Origin: Octopus sinensis
Taxonomy: Eukaryota
Assembly: GCF_006345805.1 (NCBI RefSeq)
Contig: NC_043019.1
Location: 9,299,360 to 9,363,359 of the forward strand
Length of the DNA: 64,000 bases
Reading direction: 5' to 3'
Each line of letters opens with the position of its first letter. Positions within the stretch are counted from its first letter, which is position 1. This document shows positions 24,100 to 36,867 of this stretch, piece by piece. The notes below the pieces were generated by a model, which saw nothing but the letters and a program-made list of their open reading frames with translations, was not told the DNA's origin and searched no databases. The position numbers and the translations under genes are program-made.

Positions 24100-24460
24100 A
24101 CTATCCCAAGCAACAAAAGTCTCTACATTTAAATCTGTCAAATGGTGAGAGTTGTTTCTAAGTAGCGTGGTTGCTGAATGGTTACGATTTGTTCTCCACT
24201 AAATTTCTGCTTTAGCGTCATAAGAGGAAAAGTCATGATTGTATCCTAAGTTAGGTTGTTACTGGGGTTTCGTATTTGTTGACGATGAACAGTTAGTCTA
24301 TTTCTGAGAGTGACTTTTATGTGACCAATGAAATCCTCGCTACATTCATTACATTTCATAGAATACATTAAATATTTTAACGAACAAGTAGAATAATATT
24401 TGTCCTGAATCAAACTTATACACAATTGGTGTTCGTTCATCTCTCATCGTCTTTTATTTT
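24100..24460 (-). mobile_element. Penelope-like GIY-YIG fragment
   Basis: ORF 24246-24440: STCSLKYLMYSMKCNECSEDFIGHIKVTLRNRLTVHRQQIRNP. Confidence 0.8.
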
Positions 24461-24725
24461 TCGTAAACTTGAACCGTGTGTGTGTATACATATAAATGCA
24501 CATCTACATATACGCATGGACTTGTATAAACATACATGTACGCTGGAGTAGATTCAGCCGGTTATTATAATCATAGATAACCTTAACCCGCTATTGCAAC
24601 TGAAATTAGCGAGATATTCAAATCTTTATTTGTTGAATGTTAACAGGCGGCTCTTTTTATCGAAAAATCTTCGACCGAAAATGATCTCAAAAAGTAGCTT
24701 CCAGTACACATACAAATGCATGTGC

Positions 24726-24764
<39 letters not shown>

Positions 24765-25246
24765 TACAGCATCTGTATCTATGTATAGGTCTGTGTGTGT
24801 AATGTATATGAGCGTAGGTGTGTTGGTGTATATGTGTAAAGGTATTAATGATATTTGTGCAACGGAAGTTGTTTGATGTGATAGGCAAAGTATTATGGCG
24901 TTCATCAAATGTGCTGCAACAAGAAAGCGTTTAACTGTCACATGCAGACTACAATATGGCTACACACAAAAGAGGCTAATAGAGACTCGAGGACACTTGA
25001 AATTGTTTAAGAAGGGGAGACAGTTCGTAGACACCAAACATACATACGCGCATTTGAGAGAAGGAGAAATTGGAGGCGGGAAAGGAGAGAGAGAAAGGGG
25101 GGAGAAAAAGAGAGAAGGAGAGAGAAAGCGTGAGAAGGATAAAGAATGAGAGAGATACACAAATAATGAAAGACGAGGAATGAGATGTTTAGAATTTAGA
25201 GAGAAAGAGTTGAAGCATTGAGAGTTTGGAAAATAGATAAGATTGA

Positions 25247-25281
<35 letters not shown>

Positions 25282-25706
25282 GCATTGGGAAATAGGGCAA
25301 GGAGAGAGAAAGATAGATAGATACTGAAATGTAAAAGAGATTAGTGTGCGGGGGCGGGATAGAGGGGGAATGATATGAATGTCTGTGTGTTTGTGTTGGA
25401 GATAAAAGCATAGAAAAGCAATTTTACTTGAGATCCTACATTTACAGTCGATCAACGATCGAAGGTTGTTTATGGTCAGATGTGGCGTCAGTCACGATGA
25501 TGATGATGATAATGATGATGATGATGGTGGTGGCGGTGGCGGTGATGCTGTTGAGTGGAACAAGGTTTGGTCTGGGGACGCGATACGAGTGGTTCAGACG
25601 GTTTCCCTCGGAGGTTTTGTTGTTGTTATTGCAGTTGTTATTTACTTATTGCTGTTATTGTTGTTGTAGCTGCCGTGGTTATTGTCGTTTTCGTTATTAT
25701 TGTGGT

Positions 25707-25879
25707 GTTTTTGCTGAACCGCTAAGTTACAGGGTCGTAAACTCAACTGCATCGGTTGTCAAGTATAGGGGGGTGGGGACAAACACAGAAACATATATAT
25801 ATATATATATTTAAGTAGGTGAATGAATTATCCTAGTATGGATAATTCGGTTAATCGATACCTGGGTAGCAAACTCATT

Positions 25880-25942
<63 letters not shown>

Positions 25943-26083
25943 GACGGGCTCCCTCAGTTTCCGTCGACCAAATCCACTCACAAGGCTTTGCTCGGAACTA
26001 TGCTATAGTAGAAGACACTTACCCAAGGTGCCACGCAGTGGAACTGAACCCGGAACCATGTGATTGCGAAGCAAACTTCTTAC

Positions 26084-26090
<7 letters not shown>
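25707..26090 (-). mobile_element. SINE family A with an extra ~75-bp insert inside its central (TA)n
   Basis: 3' half at 25707-25795, 5' half at 25940-26090, unrelated sequence 25811-25885 between TA tracts. Confidence 0.8.
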
Positions 26091-26121
<31 letters not shown>

Positions 26122-26139
26122 TATATATTTATACACACA

Positions 26140-26620
26140 GACATGCAGGGAGTAAATAGACACCCCATACCATTACAGAGATACCGCCATGTTCCACAGT
26201 TGGCTGGAGTATTTTCAAATCAAATTCTTGATTGGGAAGCTTCCAGACCCAAACACGCCAACTGTCTAAAAACAATGCAAATCTGGATTCATCTGAGAAA
26301 ATCACTTTATCCCAAAATGAACTGGATTTTCTGATATCTCCTGAGCCCATTTCTTTCTTTCATGATATTAATTGGTCGAAGGCGAGGTTTTCTTCTAGCT
26401 GCTCGTCCATAGTACTGAAGCTTATGCAGATATTGTAACACACGTTCTTGGACTAACTTCTAGCTGTTTTGCAATGTCAGAAGCTTTCGAAAGGGGTTTG
26501 TTTTCCACAATTCTCTTCAAACAGTGAAGTTTCCATTCCGATGGCCCAGGTCGGCCGGGACGAGAATCTGTTGATTCTTTTCCTTGGCATTTGAATTGCA
26601 CTCTGATACTATTAACTGTA
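26140..26620 (-). mobile_element. Tc1-family transposase fragment (HTH and first catalytic D)
   Basis: FWDKVIFSDESRFALF..RVWVW..LQPTVEHGGISVMVWG; upstream SRPGRP and RAARRKP. Confidence 0.9.
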
Positions 26621-26628
26621 GCAAGAGG

Positions 26629-26662
<34 letters not shown>

Positions 26663-26666
<4 letters not shown>

Positions 26667-27106
26667 CGGGCTTCTTTCAGTTTCCGTCTACCAAATCCAC
26701 GCATAAGACTTTGGTCGGCCCGAAGCTATAGAAGAAGCATCATCCAACCAAAGTACAAATATATGAGAAACTACCACATGTGTCATCTCTTGTGAAAGGT
26801 AGGAGAGTCCAGTTTGCTGGACATTGTTGTAGAGCTGAAAATGAGGCAATTTCTACTCTTCTCCTCTGGAAGCCATCTGCTCGCGATACCAGAGAGCGCA
26901 CACTCTCCTACCCTGATGTAATTTCCAGGGATACAGGCATCCAGCAACAGGACCTCCGTAATGCCATGATGGACCGTGAAGTCTGGCGTAACATAGTAAG
27001 TTCCATTGTCTCGACCATGGTCGAACAATGATGATGATGATGAAGGTGCCATGCAGTGGGACTGAACCCAGAACTATGTGGCTGGAAAGCAAGCTTCTTA
27101 CCACAC
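26663..27106 (-). mobile_element. SINE family A 5' half, interrupted by an RTE LINE fragment
   Basis: SINE sequence stops at gaagaagcat (26740) and resumes at aggtgccatgcagtgggactgaaccc (27044). Confidence 0.88.
26741..27043 (+). mobile_element. RTE-clade LINE 3' end with (TGA)n tail
   Basis: ORF 26780-27031 RRVQFAGHCCRA..LLLWKP..LSYPDVISRDTG..DLRNAMMDREVWR; tail tgatgatgatgatga. Confidence 0.9.
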
Positions 27107-27128
27107 ACACACACAAACACACCCACCC

Positions 27129-27159
<31 letters not shown>

Positions 27160-27407
27160 TACCCATGTATATTAGGCAACAAGATAAGAACTGCATAGAT
27201 GAGGGATAGTAAAGAAAAAAGGCTGATGCATTGTGAAGCAACAGAATCTGTGTATTCCTGGAAGGAATCTCTAGATTCTTTTGGTGAGGAAGGAATTGGT
27301 GCCGTCGGAAGGGAGAGGAACCATTGCGAGCCACAAACGAAAGTAGCTCAAAGGAGTATGGCAGATGTGAGATATGTGCGCGCGTGCGTGCGTGCGTGCG
27401 TGTGTGT

Positions 27408-27572
27408 GGCCATGCTGGGGCACCGTCTTGAAGGGTTTATTAAACAAGTCGACCACCGGATGTATTTTACAGTCTGATGCTTATTCTATCAATCTCATTT
27501 GCCGAACGCTAAGTTACAAGCACGTGAGCAAACCACCACCGGTGGTCATGCGATGGCTGCGGATGTGACAAC
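27408..27572 (-). mobile_element. SINE family A, solo 3' half
   Basis: ggccatgctggggcaccgtctt..gccgaacgctaagttac. Confidence 0.8.
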
Positions 27573-27913
27573 ACACACACACACACATATATATATGATG
27601 GGTTTTTCAAGGCACCTCACTGAGATATCGAACCCAGAATACAAGTGATATATAATATAAATACGACGTATACGGTGGTATTTCTGTCCGTATGACTGTG
27701 TTCCTTTTACACCCCGCGAGTTATTTGTTTGCAAATCCGTGTCTCTGAATACAGAAACCAAAGCGTATCGCATATGTGGAACTGGATTTCAATGCATACA
27801 GGCATGCATACACATACATAGATACATAGGCTCACACACATACACTGACGGCCATACACACACACACACACCACACACACATATATATTTGTGTGTGTGT
27901 GTGTGTATATATC

Positions 27914-27944
<31 letters not shown>

Positions 27945-29154
27945 ATACAAAGTATGTCTGTGTGTCTCTTGGATATATGTGTGTATGAATGTATGTACAC
28001 TACTAAGTGTTCCTCCGAACATAAGGACAAACATAGATTGTTAACCTCAAGTAGTGGACATAATGATACGGTGCCAGATCGATATATCGATTTATTTTAT
28101 TACCTCTTCATTTTCTCTTTCTCTCTCTCTCTCTCTTTCTCGAACGTTCTCCTCTTCTCTGTCAAACTTTCCTTTCTATAGAAACACACATTTGTAAAGA
28201 GACCACGTTTGCCTGTACGTGTATACGAAGTTATGTATATAGGTATGTATATAAGATACAATGTGTTATATAGGATATATGAGATAGATAGAAAGATAGA
28301 TAGAGAGATATGGGAGTACAAGGAATATTTCAAAAATTTATATATATGTATATATATATATATATATAGGTATGGGTGTGTGTATATATATATATGTATG
28401 GGTGTGTGTATATATATATATATGTATGGGTGTGTATATATATATATATAAGATATATACACATACGTGGGGGTGGCGCATACGCTCCTGCACACACACC
28501 TATATAAATACGGATTGAGAAAGAGTAAGTGATACATGTAGATATGTGAGAAGAACGAGAGACAACTTAAGATACGGAAAGTCGTACATTAATGACAACA
28601 TACGAAGATCAATGGAGAGAGCGCGATATATATATAGATATATATACACATATATATACACACATTCCACTTTAATGACTACTTCTATACAACTCTCTCA
28701 CTCTCTCTCTCTCTCTCTCTCTCTCAATCGTGTCTGCCTCTATGTCACTTAAAAATCCACTCGTTATTATCCCTGCAGCCACTCGATGTCCTCCCACTCC
28801 ACATCGACAGCCAGACTCCGTTCTCACCACTTTCCTAAACTCAGCCACTCCACACGGCCATTCACTCCACTTCCACTCTAAGTAAACACTCATACACCAC
28901 GATCTCTCAATGTGCAAAGAGACATGTTGCACTCAAGCTGCCAAGAATTATAGCGGTGTATACGACAACCTGTCTACATTCATACTCGACTTCACACACA
29001 TATGTGCATATATATATATAATGTACGTATATATAATGTACGTATACATGATGTATGTATATGTGTATATATGTGTATTTCTTTTGATTCACTCATTGTT
29101 AGCAACATTCTATTCTCTTTTCTACCGAAAACGCTTTATTATAATATATTCTTT

Positions 29155-29524
29155 AATTCTTTTACTTGTTTCTGTCGTTTGACTGCAGCCATGCTGGAGC
29201 ATCGCCTTTACTTGAGCAAATCAACCCCAGAACTAATTCTTTGTAAGCCTACTAATTATTATATCGGTCTGTTTGCCGAACTGCTAGATTACAGGGACAT
29301 AAACACGCCAGCATCAGTTGTCAAGTGATGTTGGAGAGACAAACATACACACACACATACGACGGGCTTCTTTCAGCTTCCGTCTACCAAATCCACTCAC
29401 AAGGCTTTGGTCGGCACGAGACTATAATAGAAGGCACTTGCCCAAGTTCCCTCGCAGTGAGACTCAACCCGGAACCATGTGGCTAGTAAGCAAGCTACTT
29501 ACCACACAGTCACTCCTGCGCCTA
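29155..29524 (-). mobile_element. SINE family A, full copy with minimal internal microsatellite
   Basis: tcttttacttgtttctgtcgtttgactgcagccatgctggagc through ccacacagtcactcctgcgcc. Confidence 0.93.
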
Positions 29525-29703
29525 TATTAATTTTTGAAATTGAAAAACTAAGTCACAAATCCAAGTCAATCACTCACGTGGTTTGCTCGAAAACTGTGAC
29601 GGAGAAGAATAGCGAAGGATTGCGCACAAGTATCTAGGAATATTTTTATTTTACCCTCATACGACTACGTATGATCAAAGATACATATACACTCACACAC
29701 ACA

Positions 29704-29765
<62 letters not shown>

Positions 29766-29849
29766 ACATACACACACACACATTACCCTACATGCATGCA
29801 TACATACATACATACAAACATACATACATACATACATACATACATACAT

Positions 29850-30140
29850 ACTGAAATTAGGCTTCTCAAAACCAGAAAGGAGAAAGCTAATTCCAAGACT
29901 ACAGATCCAGTCCATCACTGGAACTGTAAAATTCCGTACAACTTTCCAGAATTTTATCATTTAAATATATATGAGCATATCTAGATACACAACTAAATGC
30001 ATGAGAATACATAAAACAAAACAAACAACTCTGCACATTTACATACATACAAACAAACAAAAATACCCTGTTGTTGTTGAAATTCCAATGAAAGAATCTT
30101 GGATCAGGGTTAGAAACCGGCTCTTTCTCTATTGGCCATA
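29850..30140 (+). mobile_element. Possible 3' end of an RLE-type LINE
   Basis: LGFSKPERRKLIPRLQIQSITGTVKFRTTF* followed by an A-rich UTR; recognition from memory only. Confidence 0.3.
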
Positions 30141-30519
30141 AATCTTGAAATAAAACTGAATGACATGCATACGCATCCATGCATACTTATATACATACAT
30201 ATACACACACGCATGCATGCATACTTACATGCATGCATGCATGCCTACATGAATACATATATGCATACATGTACACATTCATATATACATACATACATAC
30301 ATACACTTGTAGACCGCTAATGAAAGTATCCACTAAATTTGGTATGCTTTATTTTTTGTATTTTTTTCGTTTAAAATTCTTCTGCAGTTTCATAATTTTA
30401 TTTTCAAATGATGGAAGTAATCGTAGAATTCTTTATGAATCTAAGTGTAAAGATCTGGTGCTGAAGGATTTACTCTGGAATAGAAAGAGGCGTCCATAGT
30501 AGGCAAAAAACAGGGTCAT

Positions 30520-31560
30520 ATTTAAAAAGTGAAAACCCTAAAGAAATGAATAAATTTCAAATAAATATGGACAAGTAACTAGGAAAAGATCTGTCTTTCC
30601 TGGTATCGAATGGATAATGGTTTATATTAAATTTAATGAAGTTAGATTAGTAAATGTTGAGAAGTAATTAAGTAACGTTATAGATTGTGTAAATATTCTA
30701 GAAATTGACATCAAAGCTCAAATTAATAAATTTAGTTATAAAAACAATGTGTGTCGTTTGAATATTGAGGAAGAAGAACGAGTAAGTGAAGAATGGTTTA
30801 GTAAAATTAATAAATGATTATGATGTTGTTTTAAAATAAATCCTCGATGGTTTTGATGTAATTAAGCTAAGATAATAATATAATGATTAAACTGAGTCAA
30901 AAGCCAAGCGAAACAAAGTAAATGTATTCAGGTATCTTCGATTAACAAAACAAAACATTTCTTCGGTTATTCGATTGATAAACATAAAAATAATTCCGGC
31001 GTAGTTGGAAAGGCAAGTATATTGAAAAGGATAACATATATAAACAACGCTTTTCAGAGTTTGTTAATTAACAGTGATAAATGAGGTCGGTTCAAAGAAC
31101 GAGAGGAATTTGGAGCGAAACAAGTAGTTGGGGGAAGCGATTACCTAAACGAAGGAATTGTGGAGATAAAAGGAAAACAGTAAATAAATCGTTGTTTAGA
31201 AAGTGTTTACAGAAGAGAAGAATAAAATACAGAAGTGAAAAAAAAACCCCCATAAAAATAAGTAAAAACAAACAAGAGACAAGCAATAAAGGGGATGAAA
31301 CAGGTGTGCGTGTGTGTGTGTGTGTGTGTGGTAGGATGAAGTAAAATATTTATAAGGTTCACATACTTAGCAAGAGTTAGAGAGTAGATGCGTGACTGAC
31401 AAATGAAAGGGAATCTTTATAAAATTCAGTTTGGATTTACGTTACAAATTTATGGAAACTATTTAAGATGAAGAAACCCTATGTTGTGCCAATTGATGTT
31501 GGAAGATGAAGTCTTGTGGATCGGTTTAAGCTAGTATAAGAAGATTAACAACGATTATAA
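30520..31560 (+). mobile_element. Very old A-rich LINE remnant (possibly continuing at 33240-33900)
   Basis: IQFGF at ~31424 and QYVDDI at ~33256 resemble RT motifs; heavily decayed. Confidence 0.3.
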
Positions 31561-31562
31561 TT

Positions 31563-31750
31563 CTTTCCCCCTATAGGCTCAAGGCCCAGCAATTTCGATT
31601 ACCTTGACCCCGGTGCTCAACTGGGACTTATTTTAACGACCCCGGAAGAATGAAAGGTAAAGTCAACCTCGGCGGAATTTGAACCTAGAACCTAAAGACC
31701 TCTAAGCATCTTGTCCAGCGTGCTAACGTTTCCGCTAGTTGATTGACTTA
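31563..31750 (-). mobile_element. SINE family B
   Basis: aaagtcaacctcggcggaatttgaacc..cagcgtgctaacgtttccgc. Confidence 0.8.
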
Positions 31751-32047
31751 AATAGATCGATAATCAAAGTATAACATAATTATTATGAAGATAAAAAATA
31801 TAATCAAAATTCAGGACTTGTAAATATGCTTCATATTGCATAGCACAGAGAAAATAGCAGAAGACACGAGACACGTAATGTGTTGAGCACTTTCGGTGAA
31901 ATGGAAACCAGAAAAGCAAAGCAAACGAGTGAATGTCCTAAGAGTGCAGAGAGCTGTATAAGGGGAATGCAGGGGAAGGGAGCAAGGAAATAAGACTAGA
32001 TGATGATTATTATTATTACTATTATTATTATTATTATTATTATTATA

Positions 32048-33241
32048 GGTCTTAACCTCTTATGGAAAGTATTAACAGGGAAAATATATATGTTCCTGGC
32101 GGAAAACAATTTTCTGCCAGTAGAACAAAAGGGATACGGAAAAGGAAAAGGGGGACCTTAAAAGCGAACAGAAATACAGAGCACTGAACAGGAAGTATGA
32201 TATTGAAAGAAGGGGCCTAAAGGGGATTCGAACACAGCGTTAGAACAGAAGAAAACAACATAGCATGGTATGTAAAAAAAGCTACAGAAGCACTGTTATT
32301 GGACGTAGGGTCAGGCTTGTGTAGGATGGAAGATTGCAAAGATAAAGCACTGTATAAGCACTTGAAAAGGAATGAAACTGAAAATACTTGGATAAAGAAA
32401 AGAATGCATGGATAATTTCATAGGGATGTTGAAGATACGACAGGCAGAGAAAAAAGATGGCTATGGATGACTAAAAGTGATTTAAAACCGGAAACGGGGG
32501 TTCTAATCTGTGCTACCTATGAGCAAGCATTAAGAATGAATTACATAAAATACAGAATAGACAACACATCAGAAAGTGATAAGTGCAGAATTTGCGGACA
32601 AAGTGGTGAAACCGTATGACAGATGACCAGTGAATGTACGCCACTACCATAGAAAGAATACAAGAGACGTCATGACAACATAGCAAGGATTGTCCATTGG
32701 ACAGTTTGCAACAAGTATGGACTTGACAGAGCAAAAACGTGGTACGAACATAAACCCAAAGGCATCATTAAAACTGATAATGCAAAGATCCTGTGAGATT
32801 TTATGATTCAGTGCGACCATGAGATAGAGAATAGGGAGACCAGATATAGTGTTAATTGGGAAAGAAAGCAAATGATGCTGGATCATAGATATAGCACACC
32901 CAGCTGACAAGGTATGCGATAAGGAAGAAAGAAAAGTCGATAGGTATGACAGGTTAGTTTGGGAGGTTAAGCAGTTGGGGTGGCTGAAAAAGGTGGTAGT
33001 AGTACCAATAATTGTCGGAGCCCTGGGAACAGGGAGTAAAAATCTCGAGAAGTATATGGAACAAATAAGGGCTGTAATAAGGGTGGAGCACTTGCAGAAA
33101 ACCGCTCGAATACTCCGGATGGTGCTCGAAACATAAGACGTGTTACCTTAGTTCACTGGTAATGAACAGCTGACACCGTAGTACATCTCCAGCGTTAGAA
33201 GCTGTGCAAAGGCACTAATAATAATAATGATAATAATAATT
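32048..33241 (+). mobile_element. R4/Dong-type LINE 3' portion (CCHC finger, RLE, 3' UTR, (TAA)n tail), internally deleted
   Basis: WIKKRMHG, KSDLKPET, DKCRICGQSGETV..ITSEC..KEYKRRHDNIARIVHW, RPDIVL..IIDIA, IIVGALG; tail taataataataatgataataataat. Confidence 0.92.
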
Positions 33242-34397
33242 ATAACGATAATGGTCAATATGTTGATGATATATAGGAATATGCTGTATGTGCTATGTTA
33301 GTGCTGATAAAAGTGTAGTAGATCCGTTGGTAAACGGACATATAAGGGTAAGTTAGATGTAGGAGATAAATATTTTGGGTTGAAGAGTGTTCCAAATGAA
33401 GAATTATTAGGTCATAGAAATAGAATAATATACAGAAAGTTCATCGGTGGATAGAAATATAAATAACTATAGGAAGGAAGTGGAAGAGAAACTTCAGAAT
33501 AAATAAATGATAACTGAATCGTATATAAATGATTAAGTATTTATAACATCAGTCTATGAGCAGATGTAGGTAAGTATGTGAAAAATGTGGATGAAAGGAA
33601 AGAGGTGAGAAAATCGTTACAGAATATAGAACTGGGGGAGAAAGTAGATTCCGAATTTATTTAATTTAGGTTTTGTTATTTTAATAGCAACCTCAACCTA
33701 ACCACTGAGAAATGATTAAGATTAAAGCTTTTAGTTGGGTGGTTAGAAATATCTCGGTTGGATGTGAGTGAAATCTTCGCTAAATGGATCGAAGTAATGG
33801 AAAGGAAACTGATAGGCATAAACTATGAGGAAATGAGTTTGGTTAAAATGGGGTCAAGTTAGTGCAGAAAGGGAGAATGTTTTTGAGAATAATTACTGAA
33901 TGAAGATGAATGAAAATTTTCAAGATTTTATGCGTAAAAGAAATTAGTTTTGGAAATTTTATTTAAAATTTTGCCTTTGGCAAAAAGTATTCCTAGGCTC
34001 CAGGATGTGGAAACTTTCCATTCTCTTTTATTTCTACTGTAAAACTTTGCTTAAGGTAAAACGTTTCATTTGAATTTTAAGGAACATATTTCCTTTTTAC
34101 GTTTCAGATGAAATAAAAAGTTTTCTTTTAAATGAATAATGTTTTTCAAAGAATGGTTATATTCTTTTAAGAGTATTTAAAAGGGCTCGGGGTGAGGCTG
34201 ATGGAGGAGCACTTATTACGTACAGTGCAGTATTTGTAAATAATATGAAGAGGCAGAAGTTCGAATCTAGGAACAGGCATTGAGGTTAATATAATTACAG
34301 TTGACAGTTGTTCTGTCAGATCCCATGACCAACATTTAATGAGGTTAGTGTTTGCACAAATATTGGGCTGCGTTTGCCTTTATTATAATATATCGAC

Positions 34398-34398
<1 letters not shown>

Positions 34399-34437
<39 letters not shown>

Positions 34438-36290
34438 GAAAACTCACAGCTTATTATGCTGGGTGTGGTGGAAAGTGTCAGCTGTCCACAGCCAGCTGAC
34501 TAAGGTGACACTTGTTTACTGGTCATGCTTCAAGAACCCTACGAAGAATTCTTGCAGTTCCAAGCAATGATCTTTTCCAGGCATTGTTGGTAGTTGAGTG
34601 CTGATACTGCAAAGTGCACCAATTACTATTCGTATCACATCTACTCTCTTCATTGACCACAACCTTTCGTATTTCCCACTTCAAATCCTCATAGTTGTTT
34701 ATTTTTTCTTCTTTCACATCGATCCTGTCGTCATCCAGGCATGCTATGTCGATTATCATACATGTTCTTTCTTTTTTATTCACCTCAACAATGTCCGGTT
34801 TCCGATTTCGGGGGATTTTGCAATTCTCATTCTCGGTTATTTCTTCTGGGGTTTTCTCATACCACGTGTTTGCTCTTTGTAAGTCGATGGTAAATCCATG
34901 TACTCTCTGGAGAGAGTTTTACACAGTTGTTTACCATTTGTAGCACGCGGCATGAGATCATCCATAACAGAGAGGTAGTTTGTTGGTCTACCGTACTTGT
35001 TGTATCCTTGTATTCGTGTCCAGTTCTGTTTAGTATGCCGGTTAAATGCACCGATGCCAGATAGAAAAGAAAGAAAAGGACCGATCCTGGTATTTTGGAA
35101 TGTTCCTTATATTTGATCTTTTGTCTGAAGCGTTAGAACTGTTTGATATTGACTCATGTTTTAAGTATTCTACAACTGTTGGTACCGCCTCACTCATGGC
35201 TAGTATCTCCAGGATCAATGCCAAAAGCCTTCCCATCGCCAATCCACGCTATGTTCAGATTATTCTTTTTCCTTCGGTTGCATTGATCAACAACAGATCT
35301 TTACAGCTGTATCACACTTTGCCGCCGCAGCTCTTTTATTCTTCTGGAGACAGATTATTTTCTTCCCGATAAAAAAAAGAACCATCACCGCAATATCATT
35401 GCAGTTAGGGTTTTGTAAGTTGTAGCGAAACAGATTTATGAGTCTGTAATTTTGTAGTATTGTGGTTTCAGTAGATTTAGAAATTAAAATGGCTTTTCTC
35501 AACCTTGAACCGTTCAGCTGTTTCAGGCTCCGTCAGCATCTCCTGAATCTTATCTACCAATATTTTATGCTTGTTAAATATTTAAACCAAAATTTGGGCA
35601 TCTTTTCATGTCCTGGTGTCTTCCGGTTATTTCATTTTTTTTTTCTCAGTACCTGAATAAACTTTTCTTTTGTTTTGGCGTCCAAATATGTTCGGCTGCT
35701 TTTTGTTGTCTTAAGATATTCTGGGATAATTCCATCGCAGTCCATCCCCATTCCCAAAATTCCTCTCTTGCTGTCGGTGCCGCATTGACTTCTATTTTAT
35801 TTTTACCAAGTTCTTGGTAGAATCGTTTGGGACGAAGTCAAACTGGTTCTTTTGTTCAAAGAATCGTTGGCGTTTTTCTCATACCGACGAATTGTTTGTG
35901 ATTTAGCAAAGTTCTACAGCTTTCAGCGCTTTTCTTCTTATTTCGCGTACATATCATTTCTTATACGTTTTTGTCTCTCCTTGTGGTTCGGTAATTTCCT
36001 TTTGTCACTGTTCTCATTAACGACTCACACACCATTTCTCTTATTTATTGTCTTTCTCTCAATATGTCCGTCCCATGCTGTTTGCTTCGTTTCCATGCAT
36101 TTCTTCGTGTGTTCCCAAGGGACTTTCTACTTTCCTTTTATAAACACGAGCCTGCTGCAAACATTAATATATTTCGCCTGCAAACATCGATATTCAGACC
36201 TGTTGGAATTCAGTTCCAGACACCAAAACTTATTCTGATCATTATTAATAACAGGCTTCTGTTATTATTCTAATTCCAGTTATTCTGTGT
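34399..36290 (-). mobile_element. R4/Dong-type LINE with large internal deletion and (TAA)n tail
   Basis: RT motifs (KAF, MDDL) and RLE ORF 34523-34783 (CMIIDIAC..KEEKINNYEDLKWEIRK); 3' UTR similar to 33135-33215; (TTA)n at 34399-34435. Confidence 0.9.
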
Positions 36291-36774
36291 ATTGTTGTTG
36301 TTGTAGATAATGTCATTTTTATTGTCGCTCACATCACAAATATGTTTCTTGAATTGAACATATTTAAGCTTTTTTATATACTTTTTATATACTTATTACT
36401 GGACTAATTTATTATTTCTAAGGGAATTTTTATTCTTATAGTTCATTTAGTCTTAATTTTTAGTTCGGAATACAACATATTTCCACATGACTCAGAACAC
36501 CTTTCAGTACTCACGCGCCAGTGTCTGTCTGCCTCTCTCTCTCTCCCTCTCTCTCTCTCTCTCTACATCTATGTACATTTGAATGTATATGGTGTGTGTG
36601 TGTGTATAAATGTGTGTGCGTGTGTGTGTGTATATATTAAATGCATGTATGTAATTTGTATGTGTTGGGATATTCTTTTTACTGTTTGGAATACAAACGA
36701 GCAGACATGCGCCGCTCCTGACTACACACAAATGGACATGTGCACACACACACACACACACACGCACACACACG

Positions 36775-36816
<42 letters not shown>

Positions 36817-36835
36817 CACGCACGCACGCACACAG

Positions 36836-36867
<32 letters not shown>

